Shown here: in pieces, positions 38,489 to 52,512 of the stretch
Layout: the number at the start of each line of letters is the position of its first letter
How positions within the stretch are numbered: position 1 is the stretch's first letter
Assembly: GCF_006345805.1 (NCBI RefSeq)
Contig: NC_042997.1
Location: 106,888,001-106,952,000 of the forward strand
Source: Octopus sinensis
Taxonomy: Eukaryota
Reading direction: 5' to 3'
DNA length: 64,000 bases
Made by a program: the position numbers and the translations under genes
Notes under the pieces: model-generated
Told to the model about the DNA's origin: nothing
Database searches by the model: none
What the model saw: only the letters and a program-made list of their open reading frames with translations

Positions 38489-40192
38489 TATGTATGTATG
38501 TATGTGTGTGTGTTTGTCCCCCCTCACTACCACCACTACTACTTGACAACCAGTGTTGGTTTGTCTACATCCCTGTAACTTATTCTATCAGTCTATTATT
38601 CTATCAATCTATTTGTTTTGCTGAAGCACTAAGTACCAGACTTTTAAAAAAATAAGTACTGGAGTCAATTTGTTTGACTGAACACTTCAAGGCAGTGCCC
38701 TACCATGGCCACAGTCCAATAACTGAAACAAATAAAAGCTAAGACACATTGCATAAAAAGTTAAAATAAATAAATATAAAAAAAACATAACCATTTTAAA
38801 GCTAAAAATATCCAAAACTATTGTTTATTTAGTTAATCATAGTAGAATGTAAGTAAATTATGACTAGCATGTTTTTCAAAACATTTGAGCATTAAAATGG
38901 CATTTTTTTTAAAGCCACACTTTATATTTTTAAAAATTGCAGTGCACCAGATAGCCTTTGTAATGTGCACTTGCTGCACTTTGGTTCATTGTTTGAGAAG
39001 CACTGGACTAGATGCTTTGTTGTATCTTGTTTGATACTTAACATTTCCTTATTTTAGGTTGGAGGTCTTTTCAATTATATGCCATGTCCTCTGTTTTAAA
39101 TGAAAGAAAATTTTCACATTTGTCATTTCTCATAGTATTATCTAGAATTATGATTTTTTTTTTTTCTTTTTACACTTTATCTCTACCCTGTAGCACAAAA
39201 GCAATACACACATACACACTAAACAATTATTGATATACATTCAATTTACACTCTCTTTTCTTATAACTCAAAAAACTTTGTTGTTGCTGTTCAGCTCTTT
39301 ACATTCTGAGTTCAAATTCTGCCAAGGTTGAGTTTGATTTTCATCCATTTGGTGTTGACAATATAAAGTACCAGACAAGTACTAGGGTCAATGTAATCAA
39401 CTTGCCTCATCCCCCAAACTTCAGGCCTTATGACTACATATATTAAAAATAGTAGTTGTTTAGCACTATGTCATCTTCTCTGGACATGTAAACCTATGAT
39501 AAAAGGTATTCCAGTTATGACCATCCAGTCCTATGTTATCTAATATTCACTTCTGTTTTTCAAAACAGAATTTTCTAATTTAAGAGAGATATTTGGCTGC
39601 TATGGAAGGCTTCCATCCATTCTAACTTTATGGAAAAAGCAGTCAATTCAGTAACACCTCAGTACTTAGCTGATATTTTATCAACCTCCTTAAGGATGAA
39701 ATTTTAAGTTTACCCTAACAGGATTTGAACTCAGAACATAAATGACCATGACTAAATAAATACCATTAGGCATTTTTCCTAATACTTACAGTAATTCTGT
39801 CAAATCATCACTTGTTTTCTCAAGTTTATAACTTTAGGTCATTTAAAAAAAAGTTAAAATTTTCACCTTGTGACTTCTGCAGCAACTTTATAATCCCTAA
39901 AGCACGTAGATAAATTGAAAATAAAATCTACATGAGGTTATTTATTAAGAGGGATATACCAATAAGTAGGTTACTTATTTCAAGCCTTCCTCTTTTGAAA
40001 GATATTATTGGCCTCTGAACTTCTGTCAACCAGGATATTTTGACCACAAACACAACACAATATTTGTAACTGTGGTTGAGAGAAGGGGCACTGTCTTATG
40101 TGATTTTAATAGAAACAAGCCTAAAATAAATAAGGGTTCTGTTTGTTATAGTAGCTGACTAGTTCAACCTTTTCTCTTTAATTCCTAAGCAG

Positions 40193-40213
40193 TCAGTCAG
40201 ACCTCTTGTCAAG
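40193..40213 (+). CDS. Candidate 21-nt microexon (SVRPLVK), or 24 nt (QSVRPLVK) from the upstream AAG of a NAGNAG acceptor
   Basis: ccttttctctttaattcctaagcag|TCAGTCAGACCTCTTGTCAAG|gtaaga. Strong donor, symmetric phase 0. Confidence 0.6.
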
Positions 40214-42101
40214 GTAAGAATTGTAATCCCTAAAGTCACCTGTCACTCAGTCAATGTCATTGTAAGGGGACATTGCTCTTATGGTAAACCTTACCTGTGT
40301 TTGTTTTCCCTTTTTTAATGCCGTTGTTTCTCTTTGTACAGGAGAAAGTGTGTGTATACATGCTTGTGTCTTAGAAGTATGTGCATATGTATACATACAT
40401 ATACACACATCTGTAAACATTTGTACAATTCCATATACACACAGTGTGACAATAAAGAAACAGATTGGGTTCAGAGAAATGTTTTATGAAAATAAAACAG
40501 TAACCATTTGTTGTTAAGTCTTCCAACTAATCCTGTCCACTTTCAGTGCAGTTCTCCATTCACTCCTTCCACATTATCAAAGTTTCTCTGAATCCACTAG
40601 CTAGAATACTTACAGTAACATCAAACTGTATACATCAGATTATAAGGATTGTTCTAGGCAACCACCTTATCTTCTGTTTAGCAAACAGTTGCCTTTATTC
40701 ACTGGAAAGCCTGAAATTTTTATTACCTGTGGTCAAACTTTGAATGAGCAGACCACATTGCTTTGGCCATCATTGTAGATTTTTTTTTTCTAACAGTAGA
40801 AGGTTGATTAGCTAACCCTGTTGGTATCAACCTGCCTAAGATTACCTCTTTTTTTTGTTTTTGTGATGCAAGCTCATCATTTTAAAGTCACCTAAATTAA
40901 AACCTCTCAAAATTGCATGTTAATTTCTTCCTAATATCAGCTTAATAATGACATATTTATAGATTCATTTTCAAAATTGATTGAAATATCAACTATGTAT
41001 TTCTATAGAAATATGGCCCACAAAGGATTATTATGCTGATCCTGAAAATCGTAACCTAAAAACCTACCTCTTTGGCTCTAATAAAGTTCATCAGCCCTGC
41101 TGTACACAAGTTTTTGTGTGTGTATGTATGTATATATGTGTGTGTGTGTGAATGCATAATATATTAGTTACTCTTAATATTGCATGGTAGTTATGAGTGT
41201 CACATGGTAGTTATGCAGTGTCATTTATTTCCAATTTTCTTTGAAATCTTGTCTGGCCATAGAAAATTTACCTCAATAAGCTCCCCACTGCCTATGCTTG
41301 CAAAGGTGGATGTTAAAATGCTTTTGTGCCATGTGTTTAAGAAGTTCACTTCACAGCTTATAACTCTGGCCAGGTTTGATTTACTGCACAGCACCTCAAA
41401 CAGTCACCATGTGATATTTCATCCTTCCAGAGCCAACAAAATAAAGCTCCAGTGAAGTAGTGCTGGGGTTGATACTATCTACTAATCCTCTCCCCTCCCA
41501 CTCATATTTGCTGGCCCTGTGCCTAAATCAGAATCAATTTTTATTTTTTTCTGTAGCTGTTGTGTTGTGACTGTATGATGTTTCCATTCATAAACTTCAT
41601 CAAAACAGGAAAAAAAAAATTGACCTTTTGTTATATTTAATCTTGCACTGTAAATGTCAACAGTTTATCATTAACTCTATTTAGTTTCTGAAGGTTTTTT
41701 TTTTTCCTCTTTCTTTAATTATCCAGTAGAAAAAAAAAACAGGAAGAGTGAATCTTTTCTGATACAGTTAATATTTCTCCTTAGTCTCTATAGATATCAA
41801 TATAGTATCTGTAATCCCAGATACTTGAAATCATTTTCACACAAAAGAAACCTCAAACAAAAATTGTTGAATTAGCTTTGAATTGTGATGGCTAGCATTG
41901 AACAAGATATCTCACAATATGGGAAGCAAATCTCTCTAATAACCTTAAAATATTCTTTTTTGCTTTTTTTAAGAGTCGTTGCAGAAAGTATATTGATATA
42001 TGGATTTGAATGCTGGATACTTGTAGCAATAGAAAGCTGATTAAATAGAACATAATAAATAATCATCCAGCTTCCCCACTGGCTTGGGTTGAGCAGTTTA
42101 A

Positions 42102-42320
42102 CCCTTCAGCATTTAAACTATCCATATCAGGCATAAATTCTCTGTCTGCTTTATGTCCAAACTGGCCAGATCTGGCCTCTCACACCCATCCTAGAATGTC
42201 ATCCTAAAAATATACAATCACATCATCGAAATCTTGAAACTGAAAACTAATGCATAATTACTTCAAATAATGTGAATAAATAAGTATTGCATTTGACAGA
42301 ATAACCTGAATACTAAAGGA
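42102..42320. mobile_element. TTAA-flanked piggyBac-like MITE (same family), inserted in an RTE-type tail
   Basis: TTAA|CCCTTCAGCATT … AATACTAAAGGA|TTAA. Confidence 0.75.
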
Positions 42321-43959
42321 TTAATAGGGTTTGACCAGTCAGAGAACTGTATAATCCACGAATGTCTACTTTGCATGGTTTCTAAGACTGGTTGCAGTTC
42401 CTCATGCTGACCGTTTCACAGAGTGTACTGGTGGATGCTGTTTATGTGGTGACAGCACTAGTAATCATTGCCTTTTAACTTGAAAGGCTAAGGGCATAAA
42501 ATGGTCCTATAACTGACAGAGAATAGCAGTGAGAGTGAGCGATGATTCTAGGTTTAGGGCTTGGTAAGTAAGAGGAGAGAATGTAATATATACCAAAATT
42601 ATAAGGAGGGTGAAAAACATTTCTAGGGAGCAACGTTTTTCTAACACTAATGAATAATCCTGCTAATCAACTGTTTTATGATAAAAATAATTGTTTGTAA
42701 TTTAGGCACAAGGCCAGCAGTTTTGAAGCAAAGGAGTTAGTTGATATTATTGATTGCAATACTTGACTGGTACTTTAGTTTATTGCGCTCAAAAGAATAA
42801 AAAGCAACATAAACCTTGGTGGGATTTTAACTCAGAACATAAAGAGCTGGAACAAAATAGGCATTTTTCTGATTCCACCTCAATAATATGAAGTTGTCAG
42901 ATCCCAGGATCTTGAGCCATAACAATTGACCAAGACTTCTATAGAAGAGGGGTAAGTGTTGAAAGATTAATAAGGATAATGTATTAACTTCTCTAGGTCT
43001 AGTTAGGTTACTCTTTTATTTCACTCTTGAGTGTTATGCAGTAGAGAGGACTCTTACATATGCTGGATTTGATTTAGTCAATTTTAATTTAATATTAATA
43101 ATTATTTTTACTTTTGATCATGCATTTAAAATTTTTTAAATAAAACACTAGTTACAAATTTATAATGTGGAAAATAAATTACTGTTTTTTTTTTTTTTTT
43201 ATTTATTACTGATCTAATTTTACCTATTCCGTACTGATTTAATTTTACAAATTCTAATTGAAGCTTTGAAAAAATAATTTTTTTTCATTCTGAGCTTATG
43301 AAATTATGACTAATTCTATTTAGCAACTTAAAAATATTTACTTGCAAATAGTTTTCAGGGTGGAGTGGGGGGAATGTAGATTAAATTTACATAACAACAC
43401 TAATCTTATTTTTGCAATGAAATTCTCTGTAATATTTTTTTTTTTTTTTTGTCATATCTAGATATTGAGGTTGATGTAGGTTTATTTTTAGTAATCTGTT
43501 ATCTCTCAGAATTTATATCCATTGCTGAACTTAATATTTGCATATTCTATATGTACATACAAACATTTTATATTTACTATTCAATTACTCAATACAGTCA
43601 TCAGCTTCATTTTACAACCATTTTTCCATATGCTAGATGGACCAGTATGGTCCAAGTCAGATACTATAGAGTTTTACTGCCCTCTTATGTGGGTCAGGAA
43701 CTACAACTTTTATATACCATTTTTGGCATGGTTTCTATGGCTGGATAACCTTTTCCCCAGCCATTTTACAGGGTGGATAGAATACATCTTCTCCTGGCAT
43801 TGATACTAAGTCTTGTGCAATTCCCTGATTTGTCAGCTGTCAAAAATCCAACCCATGCAAGCATGGAAAACAGACTTTAATTAATGATGGTGATGATGAT
43901 GATTTTCTATGTATCAGTTGGGTGGGTCTTCTCCAGCACTTAGTGTTGTCCTTTCTTAT

Positions 43960-44556
43960 CTCTTAAGATCAGTCTTCACTCTTTCTTCTGTCTTTCTTCT
44001 TTGGCCTCCTGCTTCCCCAGGTTCTATGCACCTGAAGGACTAGCACTTCCTTACACAACTGAGTTCTTCATTAGGCATTACATCTTCATACTAGTGCAGT
44101 TTTCTCTCGTCTTCCATACTGATTTTGATCCCACTGATATCACCTCATTTATATCCCTACCATTCTTTTTATACATTGATTGTAGCATATTTACCTCACT
44201 TTTTAATAGTCTTTGCACACCTTCCACATTCAAAGCTCACTACATTTCATGCCTCTAACATTGCACTTCTTGCACAAGCCTCATTACAATCTACCCTTTA
44301 CTCTGAAAGAGATGCCCTTTGCTATCTGCAGAGGTAATAGTTCCCTGAACTTTTATTTTAGTAATTATGCATATGGAGCGCCATGCTCCACTGCTAATTA
44401 GGTCACCTTAGTAAGGAAAGTTATCAATTGCTTCTTGGGAGCCTTCCAAGCATTTGAAGGAATTTCTCATGCACTTTTACTGTGTAATTACTTTTGTATA
44501 TATTTAACATACAAAGTCTACTCTTGCACATCCATAGTTTACCCTGGGTACACCAT
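43960..44556 (-). pseudogene. Decayed RTE-clade LINE reverse transcriptase C-terminal fragment
   Basis: Minus-strand pieces DNFPY*GDLISSG, FRELLPLQIAKGISFRVKGRL, EACARSAML, ALNVEGVQRLLKSEVNML and GSRRPKK are in the order expected for RTE ORF ends; stops and frameshifts are present. Confidence 0.8.
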
Positions 44557-45399
44557 GTAATATTCCCACAGATTTTACATCTGAAATGTTATGTATTTAT
44601 AGTTATGCTAGCAGTGTTTATTTTTGCATTAAATAATAGGTCTTGTTTTAACTAACGAAGGTGATATTGCTTAACAATGTAATACTTTTATTTCTTGCCA
44701 GCCTAAAATCTAAAAAACAAAACTACTAGTATAAGTAGACCATGGGAGTAGTAGTTAGATTACTTTTGAAATAATACTGGATTGGTATGTATGGCTGCAT
44801 GTGTTTTAGACTTATTCAACCCACATTAACTTGGAGAAACAAGCTTTAAAATAATGACAATAAGCTTATAATAATTTAAAATAACAACAATTATGTCTTT
44901 AAAGAATTTTTTTTTTTTTTTTCAATAACTGCGACTTTGTTTTCCCTATTTGTGACACAGTCATTTTCCTCTCTTCAGATTATTTATGACTGTTTTTTCA
45001 GATTCTTTTTAAAGTTTCTTTTTTTGTTATCATAAATAGTAATGTACCATTATAGTTTCATTAATTTGGTTTGCTGCTTTAAGATTTATTGTTACTTTAG
45101 GTTTCTTTTGTTTTCATAAAGTTTTATATCTCAGAAGTTAGTAACTTCATCATATCATATATGGCATTTATTTCTGTATTATTGTATGGTTTTTTTCCTT
45201 CATCCTGACCTAACATAGTTTATTCTTAGAAAGTGTAGCCTTGAATTTACATGGCATCTTCAAATTAAATCTGACACAGACTCTATGACTTATTCCTACT
45301 GACAAATAGTAGATTTAATCAAATTCAACAACTGTTTACCCATTTCAGATCAGCCATTAAGTTTGTATGACCTTCATCATACCACATTTTGAATTAAGT

Positions 45400-45790
45400 T
45401 AACTGAAGACTATCTATTCATCAACTACTTTATCACATCTGCCATAGCTATTTATAAATGCAACTGTTCGCACTGCATTTCAATTGTATCTACTGGAGCA
45501 AACCCTCTTTCAAACAAATTATTCTTTCAGCCTGTCTTGAAACCTGTTTATCCAAACATTCTTATTGTTGCCATATATACTCCTCTTCTAGCTCCCTTAC
45601 TGTGTAATCATTCTGTACCATATTTCCACCTCAGTTAACTATTAGCTTCCTCTCCTTGTTTATTTTCATTGAATACTTGAAGCAGAATAAAGCTTTTCCA
45701 ACTTTATTCTTTCAATTGGACTTTATAAAGAAATAGCCTCTATCAACACCATCTTTGTAACTCAATCCATTGCAACTAGCACTCTTTGTT
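45400..45790 (-). pseudogene. Older, heavily decayed RTE LINE fragment
   Basis: Short motifs such as VDR(G/A) and ARRGVYMA, amid many stops. Confidence 0.4.
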
Positions 45791-47330
45791 TATTTTTCTT
45801 CACTTTTCATGTTGCTTTTTAGTAACAAAATACACTGATTCACATAACTGGAAAGACTATATAAATATATATATATATATATATATCATAAACTAAATGG
45901 TATCTTCTTTAAGGCAACTAGTTAACAATGTTTTATATTTATTTATTTTACTGTGGGTCCTTTATTTTTGATTTGGAAAGTTTTAATTGTGTAATGTAAA
46001 AATTGATTTCAAATTTTGGCACAAGGCCGCCAATTTCGGAGTTGGGAGTAAGTCGATTACATCAACCCCAGTGCTCAACTGGTACTTGTTTTATCTGCCC
46101 CAAAAGGATGAAAGACAAAGTCAACCCTGAGGGAATATGTAAAGAGTTGCAACTAATTTCTGTCACAAGCATGACACTCTCCTTAACAAAGACATTTCAT
46201 TTGCTGGTTCAAGATTGATCCTAGGCAACAAAAGGACATTGCATACTGAGAAGTGGTACATTACTTATCACATCCTTTGATAGACCAGTATATAATGTGC
46301 CAGGAATCTGTTTTATTATATCCTCTCTTGGATCTTTTTATAAGAATAAATTATTCAGTTGTATTTCTGACAGGCTATTGGGATGTCAACAAGGTTATGG
46401 AGGCATTAAGTTTAGATAATGGCCAAAGACATAAAGTGGTATTAAAGGTGCTGGCTTGGCTGTGTGGCAACAAGTTTGCTTTCTGACCACATGCTTTTGG
46501 GTTCAGTCCCACTGTGTGACACCTTGGGCAAACGTCTTCTACTATAGCCCTAGGTCAACCAAAGTTTTATGAGCAGATCTGGTAGATGGAGACTGAAAGA
46601 AGACTATTGTGTGCATGTAAGTGTGTTACTGTCTCCTTGCTTTAGCATCATGTGATAGTTGTAAGCAAGTGTCACCATTATGCAAGTTGTGTCCATCTTT
46701 TCCTATCTTCCATGTAAACATGTCTAGGATCATAGGGGAATACTTTATTTGAAAATCTGTGAAGGTTGCTGACAAGAAGAGCATCTGGCTGTAGAAAATC
46801 TGCCTCAACATTTCATTCCTACCCATGTGAGTATGGAAAAGTGGACATTAAAACAATAGGGAATGATGATATACTAAATATATGTTTTAGAATTAAACTA
46901 CCCTGGGATTAGATATAAAGTAATTAAACATTTTCCTTCAGTCATCCAGTTTAAAAGAAAATAATTTTGCTGTAAGTATGAAGTATATCTGACCAGCTAT
47001 TTCTCACATTGCTACATCCTGGCCACACTAATTGCTATCCCAAGTTTGTGCAGAATCATATGCCTTCACCCAGTTAATATTCTCTCAAATTGTGCTTCTC
47101 TTCGTTTGTCTTATGTACTCTGAAGCCTCTTGAAATATGCTACATTTTTCATAACCTTGTAAAAATAATTGAATTTAATTAGACAATTAAATCAAATTAA
47201 ATTTGAGATAAAGAAGGCAGTAGTGGTAGTAGTTGATTTTAGGTCTGGTAACTTCTATGTGAATGGTCAACCTAGAAATAGCAGGCAAGTCCTCATCAAA
47301 TCGCTTCTCTCCATCTAGAAAAATAAATAA

Positions 47331-47603
47331 GCCTCGTCTGGCACCTGTGTCGGTGGCACATAAAAAACACCATCCGAGCGTGGCCGTCTGCCAGCCTTGT
47401 CTGGCACCTGTGTCGGTGACACATAAAATCACCCACTACACTCTCGGAGTGGTTGGCGTTAGGAAGGGCATCCAGCTGTAGAAACACTGCCAGATCTGAC
47501 TGGCCTGGTGCAGCCTTCGGGCTTGCCAGACCCCAGTTGAACCGTCCAACCCATGCTAGCATGGAAAGCGGACGTTAAACGATGATGATGATGATGATGA
47601 TGA
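47331..47603 (+). mobile_element. Young RTE-type retroelement 3' end with internal ~70-bp tandem units and a (GAT)n tail. Relatives at 23820-24196 (-), 32218-32620 (-), 36330-36600 (-), 63835-64000 (+)
   Basis: …CCATGCTAGCATGGAAAGCGGACGTTAAACGATGATGATGATG; tandem CTGGCACCTGTGTCGGTG units. Confidence 0.75.
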
Positions 47604-48278
47604 GTGATGCAGTTCTGTAAACTGTTTTTGTAAAAGAGACAGGATTGTTATAGCTAAGAACACTCAAACAAGGTTGACTTGTGGTTATACAGCATCAACC
47701 AAGTTTATTTTTGTCAAAAGTAACTTAGTTTTCCTAACAATGTGCTTCAAATTAGCATATTTAATGTTTTAAATCAAGAAAAACATAACTCTTATTTTTT
47801 TTAAATAATGATGTGGGCGTGTTGTACAGAGAAGTATGTTTTCATAAATATACTATGAATACAAAACATTTAAACATCACTGTTTATTTAACTATTAACC
47901 CTTTTGATATCAGTATGTCTGAGACCACCCTTGGTTCTATGATACAAATTTTTTGCTTTAAAATTCTCTAAATTAAAATCTTTCATTAAAATTTCATGTT
48001 TATGCTCCAAACACAAGCTTAACAATCCTTTCTACTAATAGGTACAAGGCCTGAAGTTTTGTGGGGGTGGGGGTGTTAGTTTGTTACATCAACCCCAGTA
48101 TTCAATTGGTGCTTATTTTTTCCAACCCCAAAAAGTATGAAAGGCAAAGTCAGCTTTGGCGAAATTTGAACTGAGAACATAGAGATGGACAAAATGCTAT
48201 GCTAACAATTCTGACAGCTCACAGCCTTAAAAACCAATTTTGTAATAATAAAATTGTTAACTTCATTATATCCAAAGT

Positions 48279-48665
48279 TGTGGAGGCGCAATGGCCCAGT
48301 GGTTGGGGCAGCGAACTCGCAGTCGTAGGATCGCGGTTTTGATTCCCAGACCAGGCGTTGTGAATGTTTATTGAGCGAAAACACCTAAAGCTCCACGAGG
48401 CTCCGGCAAGGATGGTGGTGATCCCTGCTGTACTCTTTCACCACAACTTTCTCTCACTCTTACTTCCTGTTTCTGTTGTACCTGTATTTCAAAGGGCCGA
48501 CCTTGTCACTCTCTGTGTCACGCTGAATATCCCCGAGAACTACGTTATGGGTACACGTGTCTGTGGAGTGCTCAGCCACTTACACCTTAATTTCACAAGC
48601 AGGGTGTTCCGTTGATCGGATCAACCGGAACCCTCGTCGTCGTAACCAACGGAGTGCTTCCATCC
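48279..48665 (+). mobile_element. Full-length tRNA-derived SINE (family X)
   Basis: A box TGGCCCAGTGG, B-box-like GTTTTGATTCC, (CATC) tail. Near-perfect target duplication ATATCCAAAGT (48268-78) / ATATCCAAAAGT (48666-77). Confidence 0.85.
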
Positions 48666-49379
48666 ATATCCAAAAGTAATTGAAATAAAGGCAGTATATT
48701 TCAACAGAAATATGGTAACAAAAAGGGTAAAAGTAGATTTCCCTGCAGTTCTCATTGTCCTTCGATAACACATTATAGAGAAATACTTAAATTCACAGAT
48801 CAGTGTTTTCAAAGTTTAAGTTTCTTTACACAATAATAGTTTTATTGTAAATTTTGTTTTACCATAATTTTTTTTTTTCTATAAATTTAAAATCAGTTTC
48901 ACTTAACTACTCTTACATGGTTTAGTCTTCTAATTAGGCTGTATATTTCTTTAAAATATTTAATTTAAAAAGTTACATTCTACAATTGAATACTAAAGTA
49001 TATTAATATGGATACTAAAGTTATATTTTCTCTGAAATATTACATTAAAAGAATACCTGATATTTTTTTTAACTATCTAAAATGTTGTTCAATAAAATAA
49101 GCCGTTATTTTTTTTAAACATTTTTTCATAATTTTACTTATTTATTGTTAAGTATTGTTAATTTCTTCTCATAGTACACAGTTTCTATCAGTATTTATGA
49201 AGCATGTCCATTAAGTATACTTTGTTCAATATACAAGTTGCTGATTATTAAAATTATTAAAGTGTTTAATGGTTATCAAAACACAGTTCTGTTCATATTA
49301 TATTAGCAACTTGAAGTGCATAAGGAAAAATAAATCAAATATTCTAGGTCAGGACAATAACAATGTTTTCAGCGATGCC

Positions 49380-49413
<34 letters not shown>

Positions 49414-50863
49414 TAGTGAATCATGGTGTAGGCAGCTGGAGAAAGTGCTTGCCGATCCTTTCTATGGTACCAACTTCACAAAAACTTGTTTCCTGATGAT
49501 ACTACTGTTCTCCACTCCTAGTCTTAGTTGAAGTTTTATAGCCTGTTCATTGGTAGGATTTAGATAGTATACTCACTATCTTTAAAATTGTACTTTTATT
49601 TTATTTTCCTAGCTTATCTTATTCGATAATGTGACTCACTAGTTAATTCACTTCCCTTGTAGTATATATATCTTGAATAGTATCCCCTCAAAATATGTCA
49701 CAATCATCTTGCTTGCATGATTCATTTGTAATGTATCTCTATAATCGGTTTTCCTCTCCTTCAAAGAATATGAGTATTTTAGAACATTGTTGAAGAAATC
49801 ATGCTGAGTATTACTCTTAACCTAAGCCTTTTGCTGTATTCTACTGTACCATGCTAATAAATATTTCTTAATGCAAGACATTTAAACTTAAGCTATAACA
49901 ATGATAACTTTAACTTTATAGACAATACACACTTCTTAAAAAAAATAAAGCATCTTACCCCATGCATGCACTCAAACATACCCCACATAAAAACACACAG
50001 CTACACATTTTTATTATATTTTCATTGATCTTTGGTTGGTTGTAGTCTCCAGATAGATAATCTTCACATTTTATAGATTTTTATTTATTTTCCAACATTA
50101 AATTTTAAGTAATTAGTGGAAAGCATCTTGACTGACATTTTTCCATAGGGTATCTCCATTGCTATTGATGTTTCAGAAACTATTCTATCATGTTGCATTA
50201 AGCTACTTAATCAGATTTCAAGAAAATTAAAACTCATCTTATTAATTATTTTTTCTTTCTAAACATTAATAGATAGATTTTTCAAACTTGAAATTCTGAT
50301 ACTATTCAAGATGACCTTTCTCAGTCAGGAAACGGTCCCAATATCACTGAATAAATTTTGGGGGCACATTTAATATTTCAAAATTGTTTTTGTTTACTTC
50401 ATTTTTACCATGCTAGCATTGGTTTGAAGGGCACAATTTAAAGCAGCATTTTATGGTTAGATGCTCTTCCTGTCATCAACATGTACTTGTTTTTAAGTAC
50501 AGCATTTTTTTTTTCACCAAAAGCTCAATAACTGGTGGTATTTTCAATGCTTGTGCACATTTATTCAAGTTCATACCTTCACATGTCAGTAGGCTTTGTG
50601 AGGTTGAGGGAGGGTAGTGTTGATTTTAGTTTATTTTTGTGGTATTGTTTTTGGTTCTACAGTTGATTGCATTTGAATTATAATTAGACATAACACAGAA
50701 AAAATTATTTCTATGTTAAGTTTTGTAAATAAATGAATAAATGGCATTAATTTGATTAAGTCAAATCATTTTTGCTTTTCATCACTTGATATACCTTGAA
50801 AAATATTACATCACCAACTGATGTGTATCATTTGTTGTATAATAAAATGAAGAAAGGTAAAGG

Positions 50864-51115
50864 CTGTTTAGCATTAAATATCCTCACAACTTCAAACAGT
50901 TTATACATTAGCATTATCAGCCCAAATATTCTACCTGCTTTATGTTCAAACTAGTCCGGTCCAGCATGTCACACCTATCCTACAATGTCATTCTAAAAAT
51001 AAGCAATCACACCATTGAAATCTCATCTCAAAGCTACTAGATAATGTTTAATTAATTCAAGACCATGTGAATAATTAAGCATTATATTTGACAATGTAAT
51101 CTGAATGTTGAAGGG
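50864..51115. mobile_element. Decayed copy of the TTAA MITE family
   Basis: Internal similarity to the other copies; right end GAAGGG|TTAA. Confidence 0.6.
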
Positions 51116-51482
51116 TTAAAACCAATTTTGTTACTGTGAAATTTATGCCATTTATGGATATTTTCCCCCTCAAGTTCTTCACACAGGATTGATGTATAAT
51201 GATAAATATGCTATGTAATGCTACTTAGATTTATGTAAGGTGAGATGAAATTAGTATTCATGATTTTGAAATCCTTATGTACAAGAAATGCAATCTGCTG
51301 AACGGCCAAAGGTCTCAAATAAAAATTATGTTGTATGTTAAGGATTTCTCATCAATGTCTTTTTTAAAATTGTTCTGCTGATTTCCACTTCTTTTGTGAT
51401 GCTATAACTGCTCGTTATTGTCTTAGTGGGTATCGAGTGGCTAAAAATATATTTTTTTTAGTACTTTTTTTCATTTTTTCAG

Positions 51483-51500
51483 CCTAAATCACAAACTTTG
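51483..51500 (+). CDS. Candidate 18-nt microexon (PKSQTL)
   Basis: tttttttcattttttcag|CCTAAATCACAAACTTTG|gtaagt. Near-consensus acceptor, perfect donor, symmetric phase 0. Confidence 0.65.
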
Positions 51501-51712
51501 GTAAGTTTAAATAAATTCACTGCTTAAGTGTCACTGTGTTGCACTAGCCATAAAACTAGTTTGACAATATGCTTATAGTTATGTTCTATAGTCTGATAAT
51601 GTTTAGTGCACCTTTGTGTTAGTACTATTACAACTGGAAAATTAGTTGCATTATGAAGATATCCCTTGGGATTGTCCTTTTGAAACTACTGGAGACAATA
51701 TGTCAGTATCAC

Positions 51713-51754
<42 letters not shown>

Positions 51755-51861
51755 TTCCTTTTATGTCAAGTAATATATAAAAACAATTTAGCATTAAAGA
51801 ATTGCTCAATATTATTAAACTTTCACAAGAAGAAGAATGAGAGTGACTTCAAAATATTCAC

Positions 51862-51889
51862 CTGATGAAGGCTAGCAAGTTGAAACTTA
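51862..51889 (+). ncRNA. Decayed minimal hammerhead core
   Basis: CTGATGA-A-GGCT AGCA AGTT-GAAAC TTA. Stem II needs two G-U pairs and stem I is not recoverable. Confidence 0.4.
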
Positions 51890-52482
51890 AATCACTGCCA
51901 CTCCACTTCTTGTAAAAGTTAAAATGTGTACACACACACGCACTTTATTTGTGGGTTAACAAAGTGACCAATGGTTTCATGTGAAGAGATCTTCACAATT
52001 GTTGCACATGTTGGTACTTGTCTCCATTTTGAATGACTATATTTATCCACCAATGCATTGTTGAGCACTCATTCTCACTGTTTGATATTACCATATATAT
52101 ACACACAATTCTATTTTATTGATTCATGGGCTCAGCCATGTGACTTTAAGTTAAAATTGAGCAATTGTCCTAGTTTAGTATATAGCCAACATGAATGCTC
52201 ATTAATTATATTTCGTATAATATAACTGCTTATCTAATATTTTGTAATTTTGGTAAATTACCTTATTCTATAAAAACCTATATTATTCAGGTCTCAAAAA
52301 TCAATGGAAACAACTAATTTTAAAAAATTTCTCTTTCTATATATTTAAAAAAAAATTAAATGAATAAATAAATAAGATGCAGGTGGGAAAGCAAGTCTTT
52401 CTTTAGTCTTCATACCAAATATTGATTGGATGATATTCTTAATCGAAAACATTCTTTTTGGATGTTTTTTTAATTTTTATAG

Positions 52483-52512
52483 GACTTAAGATATGAATTG
52501 AAAAGAATGTTG
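52483..52512 (+). CDS. Candidate 30-nt exon (DLRYELKRML)
   Basis: ttttttaatttttatag|GACTTAAGA...AGAATGTTG|gtacat. Symmetric phase 0, open and helix-like; the donor is only moderate. Confidence 0.5.

Noticed and set aside
38868-39005. Possible second hAT MITE (…GTTTGAGAAGCACTG)
   Set aside because: The left end is decayed and the 8-bp duplication does not line up, so support is too weak to list it.
42901-42951. 51-nt segment with a strong donor (GG|GTAAGT)
   Set aside because: Poor polypyrimidine tract and stops in all three frames.
48279-48355. tRNA-like sequence with A and B boxes
   Set aside because: It is the SINE head, continuous with a 300-bp body and flanked by a target duplication; not a tRNA gene.
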